Of a DNA stretch of 64,000 bases, positions 38,401-46,300 are shown one piece after another; the stretch's first letter is position 1; every line of letters starts with the position of its first letter. Location: positions 1 to 64,000 of IMG/VR virus record IMGVR_UViG_3300009136_000002. The stretch is one strand, 5' to 3'. The stretch comes from a virus. The position numbers and the translations under genes are program-made. The notes beneath the pieces are model-generated. The model worked only from the letters and a program-made list of their open reading frames with translations. It had not been told where the DNA came from and made no database searches.

Positions 38401-41400
38401 TCCTGTGATTCAGCTTTCTCATCGTCAAGCTCGTCGTCCTCACAAAGCTCTGTATCTATCTCATCTTCTTCATCCAGTTACTCTAGCTCTTGCAGTTCCT
38501 CTAGCTCTTGCGATTCGGCATTCTCATCTTCATCTAGCAGCTCATCGTTCTCCAGCTCTTCATCCTCGTTCTCAAGCTCGTCGTCCTGTAGCTCGTCGTC
38601 GAGCTGCAGTTCTTGTGATTCAGCCTTCTCCTCTAGTTGCTCGTCGTCGTCATTCAGCTCGTCGAGTTCCAGCTCCTCTAGCTGTTCATCGAGCTTTAGC
38701 TCTTGCTCTTCATCGTCCTGCAGTAGCTCGTTCTCTTCATCTTCGTGTTCGAGCTGTGATTCAGCCTTCTCAAGCTCATGTTCGAGTTCAAGCTCCTCGT
38801 TCTCATCGAGCTGTTCATCGAGCTTTAGCAGTTCTAGCCCATCATTATCGTTCTCATCCTGTAGCTCTTGCAGCTCATGTGATTCGGCTTTCTCATCGTC
38901 CAGCTCGTCGAGCTTTTCATCTTCGTCCAGCTCCTTCTCCTCCTCGTGTTCTAGCTCTTTTAGCTCAAGCTCATCTTCAAGCTGTTCATCGTCAAGTTTT
39001 TCATCGAGTTCTTGTAGCTCGTCATTTTCGTCAAGCTCAAGCTGCTCATCGTCAAGCAGCTCTTTTTCCTCGTCGAGTTCGTCTTTCTCAAGCTCGTCGT
39101 CGAGCTTTAGTTCAAGCTGTAGCAGCTCTTTCAGCTCTTCGAGTTCTTCATTCTCGTCGAGTTCAAGCTCTTTCAGCTCAAGCTGTAGCAGTAGCTCTTT
39201 CTCATCGTCGTCGTCCTTCTCAAGCAGCTCATCGTCGTTCTCGTCGAGTTCGAGTTCGTCGAGCTTTAGCTCCAGTAGCAGTTTCTCATCGTCCAGCTCT
39301 TCGTTCTCGTCAAGCTCCTCGTGTTCAAGCTCTTCGTTCTCAAGTAGCTGTTCCTCTTCAAGCTCGTCCTTCTCGTCGTCGAGTAGCTGTTCGAGTTCCT
39401 TCTCGTCGTCCTCAAGCTCTTTCTCAAGCTCAAGCTCAAATTGCTCATCTTCGAGCTGTTCATCTTCATTCAGCTCGTCGTCTTTCAGCTCGTCGTCATC
39501 GCGCTCTTCCAGCTCAAGCTCATTCTCTTCGAGTTCTTCCTCTTTCAGTAGCTCGTCAAGCTGTTCGAGTTCTTTCAGCTCTTGCAGCTCCTCGTTCTCT
39601 TCGAGTTCTGAGAGTTTTAGCAGCTCTTCTTCCTCGCAGAGTTCAAGCTCATCTTGCTCTGCCGGACAATGGATCTCCCAATTCGGTGCGCCATCTACCT
39701 TTGGCTGTGGTTTAGGTTTTGGTACAACCAAATGGTCAACAACTGGCGGCAATACTAGGCACGTTAATAGTTCACCTGATTACTTCGATGCTTGTGGCCC
39801 TGGCGGTTTTGGGCTGGCTGCTACTGGCGCATGGAAAACTGGCTACAGACCAACAAAAATCAGGGTCACGATTACAGGTGGTACTCTCTCTTGGACGCTA
39901 TCAGACGGTAGTGGAGTGATTGCCTCTGCCAGTAATCAGATAGGTTCGCCAGCGGCAGAAGTTAATATCGGCGGTCAAGTTAGCGATATTGTTAGTTTCG
40001 GGCCAGCCGATGAGTTTACTGGATGGCACATAGAGGATATTGAATTCTTCGTCTGCTCAAGCTCAAGCAGCTCTTTCTCATCCTGTTCCTCTAGCGAATC
40101 GTCGAGTTCAAGCTCTTCATCCTTCTCTTCAAGCTCTAGCTCATTTTCGTCCAGTTCGAGTTCTTTCAGCAGCTCATCCTCATGCTCATCTTCCAGCGAA
40201 TCATCTTCATCGTCGCCAGTTCCGTTCTTTACAGGCATAAATCCAGACGAAGATGTTGATATTACTGGCTGGACGCTTTCAGGTCAGGCTACAGCTTGGG
40301 AATGTACGGAGGATTTTAGTGCTGGAGATCCGGCGAGGAATGATGATTATGTCTATGCTTTAGCAGCCAATACCATAAAGCTCGGTTTTGAGAATCCTTC
40401 GTATGCTGGCAATTCCTATTATGTGAGAGTGAAATTTAGTGCGGCCTCCGGCGGGTCACAGGGTAGCCTGGGAATGTCGCTCTATGACGGTGCTAGTCAA
40501 ATAGGCAGCGAACAGATATTTGCTCCGCAGTTGCTACCTGGGACTTGGAGTGAATTTGAATACAGTTTCGCAACGACTAAGACCGCTGCAGAGCTGAGTG
40601 ATATGCGAGTATGGTTCCGGTGGATTAGTGGACTCTCGATCCTTGTCAGCTCGGTACAGATAGACATTTCCCTGGCATCTTCTTCTTCGTCCTCATTGTC
40701 GGAAAGCTCAAGCTCAGAGTCGGTAAGCTCATGCTCAAGTTCACACTCATTAAGCTCCAGTTCGTCGTGTGAATCTGGAGCATGGGTAGATGTTTTCACT
40801 CCTGAGTGGGTTTGCTCCGCTAACTGCTCATATAATGCTACCTTGGATCAGTTTGAGGAAGCTGGCCCTGGTATGAGCATACGGGAAAGCGGTACTTGGA
40901 ATGTGGGTTATCGCCCGATTAAAATCAGGGCTTACGGTCATACTCCTGGCGGTTGGGGCGAGTTGAATCTGAGAGATAATGTTGGCGGTGGAAACGTCAT
41001 TGCGAATGATGATGGCGGTGGTAGTGGCTATGTCGCTGGTACTCCGGTTGATATTGATTGGTCATACGGCATTGATATGGCTAGGATTGATTCACCGTGG
41101 GATACCCTAACCAATGTCCAATTCTTCATTTGTGGTTCGAGTTCAAGTAGCTCATTCTCATCCTGTAGCTCTAGCTTTAGCAGTTCCAGCTCTTCGTTCT
41201 CCAGTTCCAGCTCTAGCTCTTCATTCTCATCTTCCAGCTCTTCGTTCTCAAGCTCATCTTCCTTCTCGTCTAGCTCATCTTTCTCATCAAGCAGCTCTTC
41301 ATTCAGTTCCTCTTCGAGTGAAAGTCAGATTTTACAAAGCCAATTCATCCGGCCTGATGAAGATGTGAGTGCCAGCAACATTACTTTTGGCTCCGGTAGT

Positions 41401-42981
41401 TCTAGGTGGGATCGACTGAATGATGGAATTATTACCGGAACGCCTGACGACACAAATGGCGTTGGGGGTATGTTCTCCGATGATTTTCAGCGGAGCGGAT
41501 TTACGAATCCTTCTTTCCAGGGAACAAGCCTAGAGATTAAAGTTCATGTTCGCTGTAAAAACGCCGACAATGAACAGTTCGATATAAAATTGTACTCAGA
41601 TGGAAGCAGCCTTGATGGATCTAGCGGCCTAATTGCTGCAACGACGAGCTATGCCAATTACAGCCATAGTTTTTCAGTTCAAAAAACAGCGGCACAGCTC
41701 ACGAATTTGGAAGTAAGATTTAGTAGTTTCGCCAGCGTAGAGAGCCATGAATTATCAGAAATGGAAGTTGAAATTGTTAAGCCTTCATCTTCCAGTTCTT
41801 CTTCCTGTTCCAGTAGCTTTTCTTCATGCTCAAGCTCATTCTCAAGCTCTTCATCCTGCTTTTCTAGCAGCTCCTTTAGCTCAAGCTCATCATCTTTCAG
41901 TTCAAGCTCATCCAGTTCAAGCTCATCGCAAAGTTTCTCGACGTTTCAGACGCGAATATGGATGTATCCATCAATACCGGATGATTTAGTTGATGGATTT
42001 ACTTTCGGTGCTGGTAGTAACCCTGGCAACATCAATAACGGTATCTTTGGCCCTGGAGCATCACCGGATGATACGGCGGGAATAGGCAGCTCGTCGGACG
42101 GTTACTACGAAGCGGATCTATGGCCTAATGTCTTTTACTCAGGCCAAACAATAAATATCAAATCCCATTGGCGACTAAAAAATGATGGCCCTGGTACTGG
42201 CGATGTGAACGTGCAACTGCGTGACGGTGGTTCACCATACACTAATACAAATATCAATCCGACTACGAGTTGGGTGACTTACACCGTAGATCACAACCTA
42301 CAGTTGAATTGGATGGAAATTCAAAATATGCTCATGTGGATTGGCTTTGATGATACGGTCAACGCTGATCGACTTTCTGAGGTGGAAGTTGAGCTTATTT
42401 TTGGTAGTTCTTCAAGCTCCAGTTCATCCTCAGAATCTTGTAGCTCATCTTCATTCTCATCGTCCTCAAGCTCATCTTCATCAGCAGCTCCATTAACGAT
42501 ATTGAATCCTAATGGTGACTTCGATCATACATGGAGTGGTGCTACCGGATGGGATCAAATAAATGATTGGGATGATGGAGATCCAGCAAGGCAAAGCAGT
42601 ACGATTTTTGCCAGTACAGGCGTGACTGAAAAGACAGATTTTGAGAATCCTTCATTTTCTGGAAATTGCGAATCCATAGACGTAAAAATTGATGCCAGAT
42701 GGACTAATGGGCCAACATCGGTAGGAATCTCTCTGTACGATGGTGCAAGCATCATTGGTAGCGAACAAGTACAAGCTCTAACTCCAGCTTGGGCCGAATA
42801 CTCATGGAAATTTACAACTTCCAAAACGATGGAAGAGCTTAGTGATCTGAGAGTTTGGTTCCGATTCGCTCTTGGTGGACTCAATTTTGCTTTTATAGCT
42901 GCTTGTCAGGTGGAGATACATTTGCCAACTTCAAGCTCAAGCTCAAGCTGTAGTTCATCTTCCAGTTCAACATCGACTTAG
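32467..42981 (+). CDS. Giant (3504 aa) serine-tract protein: N-terminal beta-helix-like domain plus about 10 beta-sandwich domains separated by Ser/Cys/Phe tracts; probable virion fibre/appendage
   Basis: Uninterrupted 10.5-kb ORF, AGGAG RBS, TAATG coupling; DYSALATWEAA...WDIGFHE N-domain; repeated GYRP.K.R and KTAAEL.D.RV domains. Confidence 0.8.
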   Translation: MATSRRAATNENISTYDSGGGQDYSALATWEAATDIDLVTATQSEVLECYAGSHDDEVVIDGATTNTSYFRIIRPASGEGHDGYPHQDGSAAYFVTTTSNIDMFSVVEANCQLQDLIMSLDQDGGSAYCAALVGNNQYLIGCLAINPVNIGGDSKGFRENGGSGDTMYYINSIAIGCDDAAFQFDAGTSYVYNCHAIDSGEGFNESGGTVICKNCLGNGTTGSQDFDGSYDAASEYNSSGDGSAPGTNSRINQTFAFSDAGNDDFRLGYTDGGARNFGTDLSADGNFAFDDDIADGVMGAGKAGITRPQESVWDIGFHERTESSSSSSSSSCSSSFSSSSFSSCSSSFSSSSSCSSSSFSSSSSSFSSSCSSSSSSFSSSSSCSSSSFSSSSSSSSSSFSSSSSSCSSSFSSSSSCSSSSFSSSCSSSSSFSSSSSSSPSCVPPDWRWVDGSQLIVGTINTGVFCDTHACDLTEYVINELSGVGIPAFDQRFTFENVPKSTLDVSITGYYSGNPAHIVKIAIFNYQTLLWDDMTGAAQDFPSQATPSNYVFPLTGAGTPSDYVSVGNQLSIKIDHRSNGSAGHTFHMDCVHLTDTSSSSSSSSSCSSSFSSSSSSFSSSCSSSCSSSFSSSSSCSSSCSSSFSSSSSSFSSSCSSSSFSSSSSCSSSFSSSSSSCSSSSFSSSSCSSSFSSSSSCSSSFSSSSSSSFSSSSSCSSSFSSSSSCSSSFSSSSSCSSSSFSSSCSSCSSSFSSCSSSSSSSLECGQWIAYFDDSRWNPGGIVAPPFACTWDSVNWEWDSDLYSSQQWAYLETQGAWRSGYRPSKFRITFTGGSPLYACNLKDTAGNVIGGTNFPTNYFSGQVEAITFSTFDLRFLELQHNGTTQFQVTNIEFFTVCSSSSSSSSSFSSCSSSFSSSSSSFSSSSSCSSSFSSSSSSFSSSSSCSSSFSSSSSSFSSSSSSFSSSSSSYSSSSSSSLSSSSSSSFSSSCSSSCSSFSSSSFSSSSSSSSFSSSSSFSSSSSSSSSCSSSSSSFSSSCSSSSFSSSSSSSSFSSSSSCSSSSFSSSSSSSFSSSSSSRSSSCSSSCSSSFSSSSFSSSSSCSSSSPSSSSSSFSSSCSSSSFSSSSFSSSSSSFSSSSCSSSFSSSSSCSSSSFSSSSSCSSSSFSSSSSVSSSSSFSSSSSCSSSSFSSSSSSFSSSSSFSSSCSSSSSFSSSSSSSFSSSSSSFSSSSSSFSSSCSSSSFSSSSSCSSSFSSSSSCSSSFSSSCSSSFSFSSSSSSSSFSSSSSCSSSSFSSSSSCSSSSFSSSSSSFSSSSSESLSSSCSSSSSLSGSVSSSCSSSSSSQSSSSSVSSSSSCCSSVSSSSSSFSSSSSSFSSSSSVSSSSSCDSAFSSSSCSSSCSSSSESSSCLSSSCSSSSSCSSSSSADCDSIPVYGNNVLAVYPDWIWYDFGRVKVNEDSIEQVHTDARRYAGFESRKFVAEFRAGDQDPQGIEQRFPIGNPASLGVTRVYQLSFWIYPVDRTKIRVTIKHDDGTLNVHNYPGLTPNTWNLVSDLVNIQNNTNTVIAWHSGATESGTWYLDELALRWLVCPGSSSSSESSCSSSSCSSSSESSSSLSSSSSCSSCSSCDSLFSSSSSSSSFSSSSSSCSSSSTCSSSSFSSCSSSFSSCSSSFSSSSSSFSSSSSCSSSCSSSFSSSSSSFSSSSSSFSSSCSSSSSSLSFSSSCSSCDSGFSSSSSSSSFSSSSSCSSSFSSCSSSYSFSSSSSSSCDSAFSSSSSCSSSSSSSSESFQVLQGQYFYPQSDEGGYTVTPVGSGSSIADRVNNGIFGPGFSPGPDDTNGFQGSNGAYVRLRLSNPVFQGEAIEVRCTVRAFTFFAPPGRVDVRFESSFGVSHGTRTIYTITTGVPADYTVSWSLNKTAAELTDARLRVECQDPSWNDRVTELELQVIIEGSSSSSCSSSSSCDSAFSSSSSSSSLSSVSVSSCSSSCDSAFSSSSSSSSQSSVSISSSSSSYSSSCSSSSSCDSAFSSSSSSSSFSSSSSSFSSSSSCSSSSSCSSCDSAFSSSCSSSSFSSSSSSSSSCSSSFSSCSSSSCSSSFSSSSCSSCDSAFSSSCSSSSSSFSSSCSSSFSSSSPSLSFSSCSSCSSCDSAFSSSSSSSFSSSSSSFSSSCSSSFSSSSSSSCSSSSFSSSSCSSSFSSSSSCSSSSSSFSSSSSSFSSSSSSFSSSCSSSFSSSSSSFSSSSSSFSSSCSSSSFSSSSSFSSSSSSFSSSSSSSSFSSSSSFSSSSSSFSSSSSCSSSSFSSSCSSSSSSFSSSSSCSSSFSSSSSSFSSSSSNCSSSSCSSSFSSSSFSSSSSRSSSSSSFSSSSSSFSSSSSCSSSFSSCSSSFSSSSESFSSSSSSQSSSSSCSAGQWISQFGAPSTFGCGLGFGTTKWSTTGGNTRHVNSSPDYFDACGPGGFGLAATGAWKTGYRPTKIRVTITGGTLSWTLSDGSGVIASASNQIGSPAAEVNIGGQVSDIVSFGPADEFTGWHIEDIEFFVCSSSSSSFSSCSSSESSSSSSSSFSSSSSSFSSSSSSFSSSSSCSSSSESSSSSPVPFFTGINPDEDVDITGWTLSGQATAWECTEDFSAGDPARNDDYVYALAANTIKLGFENPSYAGNSYYVRVKFSAASGGSQGSLGMSLYDGASQIGSEQIFAPQLLPGTWSEFEYSFATTKTAAELSDMRVWFRWISGLSILVSSVQIDISLASSSSSSLSESSSSESVSSCSSSHSLSSSSSCESGAWVDVFTPEWVCSANCSYNATLDQFEEAGPGMSIRESGTWNVGYRPIKIRAYGHTPGGWGELNLRDNVGGGNVIANDDGGGSGYVAGTPVDIDWSYGIDMARIDSPWDTLTNVQFFICGSSSSSSFSSCSSSFSSSSSSFSSSSSSSSFSSSSSSFSSSSSFSSSSSFSSSSSSFSSSSSESQILQSQFIRPDEDVSASNITFGSGSSRWDRLNDGIITGTPDDTNGVGGMFSDDFQRSGFTNPSFQGTSLEIKVHVRCKNADNEQFDIKLYSDGSSLDGSSGLIAATTSYANYSHSFSVQKTAAQLTNLEVRFSSFASVESHELSEMEVEIVKPSSSSSSSCSSSFSSCSSSFSSSSSCFSSSSFSSSSSSFSSSSSSSSSSQSFSTFQTRIWMYPSIPDDLVDGFTFGAGSNPGNINNGIFGPGASPDDTAGIGSSSDGYYEADLWPNVFYSGQTINIKSHWRLKNDGPGTGDVNVQLRDGGSPYTNTNINPTTSWVTYTVDHNLQLNWMEIQNMLMWIGFDDTVNADRLSEVEVELIFGSSSSSSSSSESCSSSSFSSSSSSSSSAAPLTILNPNGDFDHTWSGATGWDQINDWDDGDPARQSSTIFASTGVTEKTDFENPSFSGNCESIDVKIDARWTNGPTSVGISLYDGASIIGSEQVQALTPAWAEYSWKFTTSKTMEELSDLRVWFRFALGGLNFAFIAACQVEIHLPTSSSSSSCSSSSSSTST

Positions 42982-43018
42982 GGCTTGCATTAGAATTTGG
43001 GCTGGTTAAAATCGGGCT

Positions 43019-43564
43019 ATGTACGATCTCAACTACTACGAAAATTTACTGAGGATTCACAGCGCCACGGCAGAGCGGATCAGCGACATTCGCTGGCATT
43101 TTATAGAGCAAGGTGTTTACTTGCCAGCCGGACGAGGATGGCGCTCAAAGTTGAAGGTGCTGGACTATGGTTCCGGTGTCGGCTGGTTTCGAGCATGGCG
43201 ACCCCCCTGGGCTGACGTATGGAGCTATGATTTGGGCCTGTATCCACAAACAGGCATCGACATGGTTCCCTATGACGTAACGTGCTTTTGGGACGTTCTG
43301 GAGCATATTAGGGACTTTCAGGACATAGAGCCGATCCTGATGCTCTCCAAGAAAGTTGCTTGCACGGTTCCGATCATACCGGAGGAAGGCCTGAGTGAAT
43401 GGAAGCATTTTAAACCAGGGGAACATTTACATTATTTCACTAAGGACTCCCTGATCGCGCTCTTTGATAAGTTTGGATTCAGCCCTATGGTTGAAAATGA
43501 TTGTGAATGTCCTCCACGCAAAGATGTAACAACCTTTTTGTTTGCTAATCGCTGGAGGCCATAA
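43019..43564 (+). CDS. Class I SAM-dependent methyltransferase
   Basis: VLDYGSGVG, YD, WDVLEHI, P.EHLHYFT. Confidence 0.85.
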   Translation: MYDLNYYENLLRIHSATAERISDIRWHFIEQGVYLPAGRGWRSKLKVLDYGSGVGWFRAWRPPWADVWSYDLGLYPQTGIDMVPYDVTCFWDVLEHIRDFQDIEPILMLSKKVACTVPIIPEEGLSEWKHFKPGEHLHYFTKDSLIALFDKFGFSPMVENDCECPPRKDVTTFLFANRWRP

Positions 43565-43791
43565 TGCTAGATTTTATCGAAATGAGGAAACAGCTCCAAA
43601 AAGCCCTGGCAAGCGGTAAATTGTTTGTGAGGATCAGCTACATGGACGAAGAGGAAACGATCCAGCATTACTACTTAACTCACAACTTTCCCAGGGAAGA
43701 TATAATGCTCAGTATCGAGCATATCGCTAAAGAAATTCTTCCCGAATCCCTAGAAACAGAAACCGAAACAGATGAGGAAGATAATCCTTAG
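43564..43791 (+). CDS. Hypothetical protein
   Basis: TAATG coupling, GGAGG RBS. Confidence 0.55.
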   Translation: MLDFIEMRKQLQKALASGKLFVRISYMDEEETIQHYYLTHNFPREDIMLSIEHIAKEILPESLETETETDEEDNP

Positions 43792-44698
43792 AAACGGACA
43801 GAGCCCTGGTGACGTATTGACCATGACTAGGGCTGTCGCCGACTTTGCTAACTCATATCCTGATTTCCTGATCGACGTAAGAAGTCCCTGTGCCGAAATT
43901 TGGGAGAATAATCCCTGGCTGCATCCACTCGATGAAAACGACGAAGAGGTGGAACAGTTCGACATCGGCTATGATGCCATTCACAACAGCGGCGTTACAG
44001 GGATACATTTCGCTGACGGATTCAGGCTGGATATTGAGAAGAAGCTCGATGTCAAGATCCTACCAACAGGGATCTTGCCGGAGCTTTGGGTTAGCGATGA
44101 AGAGAAAAGCTGGATAAATCAGGCTGAGGTTGAGTTCGGCTGGAAAGACAAATTCTGGCTCCTTAATGCCGGATCTAAGCCGGACAATGCACTCAAGCAA
44201 TATCATCGCTGGCAAGAAGTTGTAGACATTCTCACACGGTTCTTTGACAACAGAATAAAGATAGTCCAGATAGGCCATGAGGCCCATCATCATCCAGACC
44301 TTACGGGTGTCCTTTCCCTGGTAGGCAAGACGGATCTCCGGCAACTCATACGATTATGCCATTGGTCTGAGGGAACAATAGGCCCGATCAGCTTTCAATT
44401 CGTCCTGGCCGCAGCCCTGCAGAAACCTTATGTGTGCGTGGCAGCGGGCAAAGAAGGTGTGCGCTGGCATCTATATCCTCATGGACGCTATCTTTACACA
44501 AATGGCTGTCTTGAATGCTGTGAATGGGATGGGTGCTGGCGCGGTGGGGGTCACACTAAATGCCTGACGATGGAGAATGGATCTCCCAAATGTTTCACGA
44601 TGATTAAGCCCTACATGATCGCAGATGCCGTGAAGATGTACTACGAAGGGGGCAAGCTAAACTTTGATTGGCGAGTACCACGAGAAGAAACTGGTTGA
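43772..44698 (+). CDS. GT-B glycosyltransferase, GT9 (heptosyltransferase)-like
   Basis: SPGDVL.MT, EIWENNP, VQIG, LVGKTDLRQLI, LAAAL.KP. Confidence 0.8.
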   Translation: MRKIILRNGQSPGDVLTMTRAVADFANSYPDFLIDVRSPCAEIWENNPWLHPLDENDEEVEQFDIGYDAIHNSGVTGIHFADGFRLDIEKKLDVKILPTGILPELWVSDEEKSWINQAEVEFGWKDKFWLLNAGSKPDNALKQYHRWQEVVDILTRFFDNRIKIVQIGHEAHHHPDLTGVLSLVGKTDLRQLIRLCHWSEGTIGPISFQFVLAAALQKPYVCVAAGKEGVRWHLYPHGRYLYTNGCLECCEWDGCWRGGGHTKCLTMENGSPKCFTMIKPYMIADAVKMYYEGGKLNFDWRVPREETG

Positions 44699-45428
44699 GT
44701 ACCTTGAGCCAGGGCAGCGTGTCCTGATTCGATTCGGTCATGGCTGGGGCGATACCCTGATGTTCATGCCGATCTTCGAGCGGCTGCAGGATCTCTACGC
44801 TGATGTGCATTTCGATCTGTATCTCGAATGTGGTCAGGAATGTATTTTCGAGTCATTTCCGGATAAAGAGGGGCCGGATCACGATTACGTTTTCCACCTT
44901 GATTTTCCTATGTCGGAGGGATCTGGACTCACTAAAGCGCAGAAATGCTGCGTGGATGAGCTTGGAATTGATCCTTTATCTGAAATTGCGGCTTTGCCGA
45001 AGAAACCATCGCCGATTGTTTCAGTCCATTTTCAAGGTACGGCCTTACCGAATTCGGTCAACTGTCCAGAGGAGGTAGCGCGAAAAGTATGGCAGGAGGT
45101 TTTGGATGCTGGAAAAATTCCCGTTGAAGCCCATTTTAGGCATTTGTTTCACAATCCTGCTAATACTCGCTATGGGTTTATTGATCGTCATGTACGGTAT
45201 TGTAATGCTAATTTGTCTAATCTCATCGGTCTTATACAAGTATCTTTCGCCTTTGTCGGAATTGCTTCTGGCCCTCTTGTTACTGCTCTATCAGTCATGC
45301 CGACAAGGACGTTTTACCTGGAGAGGAATCACAAGATTACGGATTATGTAAAGCACCTGGACGTTAAGGCAGTTCATGTAGATCACTACGAGGATGGGAT
45401 GGTGAGTGAATGGCTGACTACGCTATGA
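44664..45428 (+). CDS. GT9-like glycosyltransferase
   Basis: HGWGDTLMFMP, VHFQG, FVGIASGP..TAL. Confidence 0.65.
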   Translation: MIGEYHEKKLVEYLEPGQRVLIRFGHGWGDTLMFMPIFERLQDLYADVHFDLYLECGQECIFESFPDKEGPDHDYVFHLDFPMSEGSGLTKAQKCCVDELGIDPLSEIAALPKKPSPIVSVHFQGTALPNSVNCPEEVARKVWQEVLDAGKIPVEAHFRHLFHNPANTRYGFIDRHVRYCNANLSNLIGLIQVSFAFVGIASGPLVTALSVMPTRTFYLERNHKITDYVKHLDVKAVHVDHYEDGMVSEWLTTL

Positions 45429-46300
45429 TTTTCAGTACCACTAGAGGCTATATGCCAGGAACGAATGGCATTTTAAATGCAATGGAATACTACGGCATGA
45501 CTCACATTGATGTCTATGTGATCCAGGTAAATTTCGAGCTAGATCAGGAATACAAAGATCAATGGCCTAATGTGAATTTCGAGGTCATTGACCCTACCAT
45601 GTGGCACGAGCCAAAGAATGCCGGATGGTATTGCCGATTCGCACCACCCTGGAGAGCCATTCAGCTACTCGATCAGTACAAGGTCGTCAACATTCACGGA
45701 GCCGATGTCTGCCCGCTTAAAGATGTCACCATGTACTACGACTTGTCGGCAAAGACAGGCCAGATCATTGTCGGCACAAATGAGCAAGGCTGCGCTGATT
45801 ATTCACGAATGACTGAGAAGGGGAAACACCCTTACGTCCATACCTGGATGATCCCTTACGCTGATATACCGTGCTTTGTTACTCGACATCAAAAGGCGGT
45901 TTTGGAGCTGGTTCTTGATCTTCACCGGAGGCCTGATTGCACCTTGAGTTGGATGGATGCACTCAACTATGCCTTGCGGGATCTCGAACAAGAGCCCATT
46001 GCGCTCCCTGGCAACCTGTGGGTTTTCAATCTTAGCTCCCAGGGCAAGGTGAGGAGAGAGGGAGACAAGATTTTCTATCTCGACCAGCAAATGAACCAGT
46101 TTCACAGGAAATACTGGATTGCTAACTTTTGCAGAAAGTACCTGGCTCCGAATAGTCCTAACTGCGGCCACAACCACCTGATCTTTAATCAGATGTGGAA
46201 TTTTTTCAATAGAGAATGTCGAGTACAATGGCTAGAGGGCTTGGAAGTATGGGACGGAGTACATCAGTCACAATCATTGGAACACGGCCCCAATTCATAA
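45410..46300 (+). CDS. GT-A fold glycosyltransferase-like protein (GT8-like)
   Basis: Y.PG..G.LN.M, GAD at the DxD position, MDALNY; paralogous to 47279-48193. Confidence 0.55.
   Translation: MADYAMIFSTTRGYMPGTNGILNAMEYYGMTHIDVYVIQVNFELDQEYKDQWPNVNFEVIDPTMWHEPKNAGWYCRFAPPWRAIQLLDQYKVVNIHGADVCPLKDVTMYYDLSAKTGQIIVGTNEQGCADYSRMTEKGKHPYVHTWMIPYADIPCFVTRHQKAVLELVLDLHRRPDCTLSWMDALNYALRDLEQEPIALPGNLWVFNLSSQGKVRREGDKIFYLDQQMNQFHRKYWIANFCRKYLAPNSPNCGHNHLIFNQMWNFFNRECRVQWLEGLEVWDGVHQSQSLEHGPNS

Noticed and set aside
34997-39752. Long alternative-frame and antisense ORFs in the Ser tracts (531 aa, 436 aa, and the 424-aa E/L/D-rich ORF)
   Set aside because: Expected by-products of TCN/AGY runs that lack stops in other frames; no RBS or independent domain
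32467-42981. RiPP precursor (Ser/Cys for azoles or lanthionines)
   Set aside because: No YcaO, LanB/C/M or radical SAM genes; neighbours are glycosyltransferases
32467-42981. Diversity-generating retroelement target
   Set aside because: No reverse transcriptase or TR/VR pair seen
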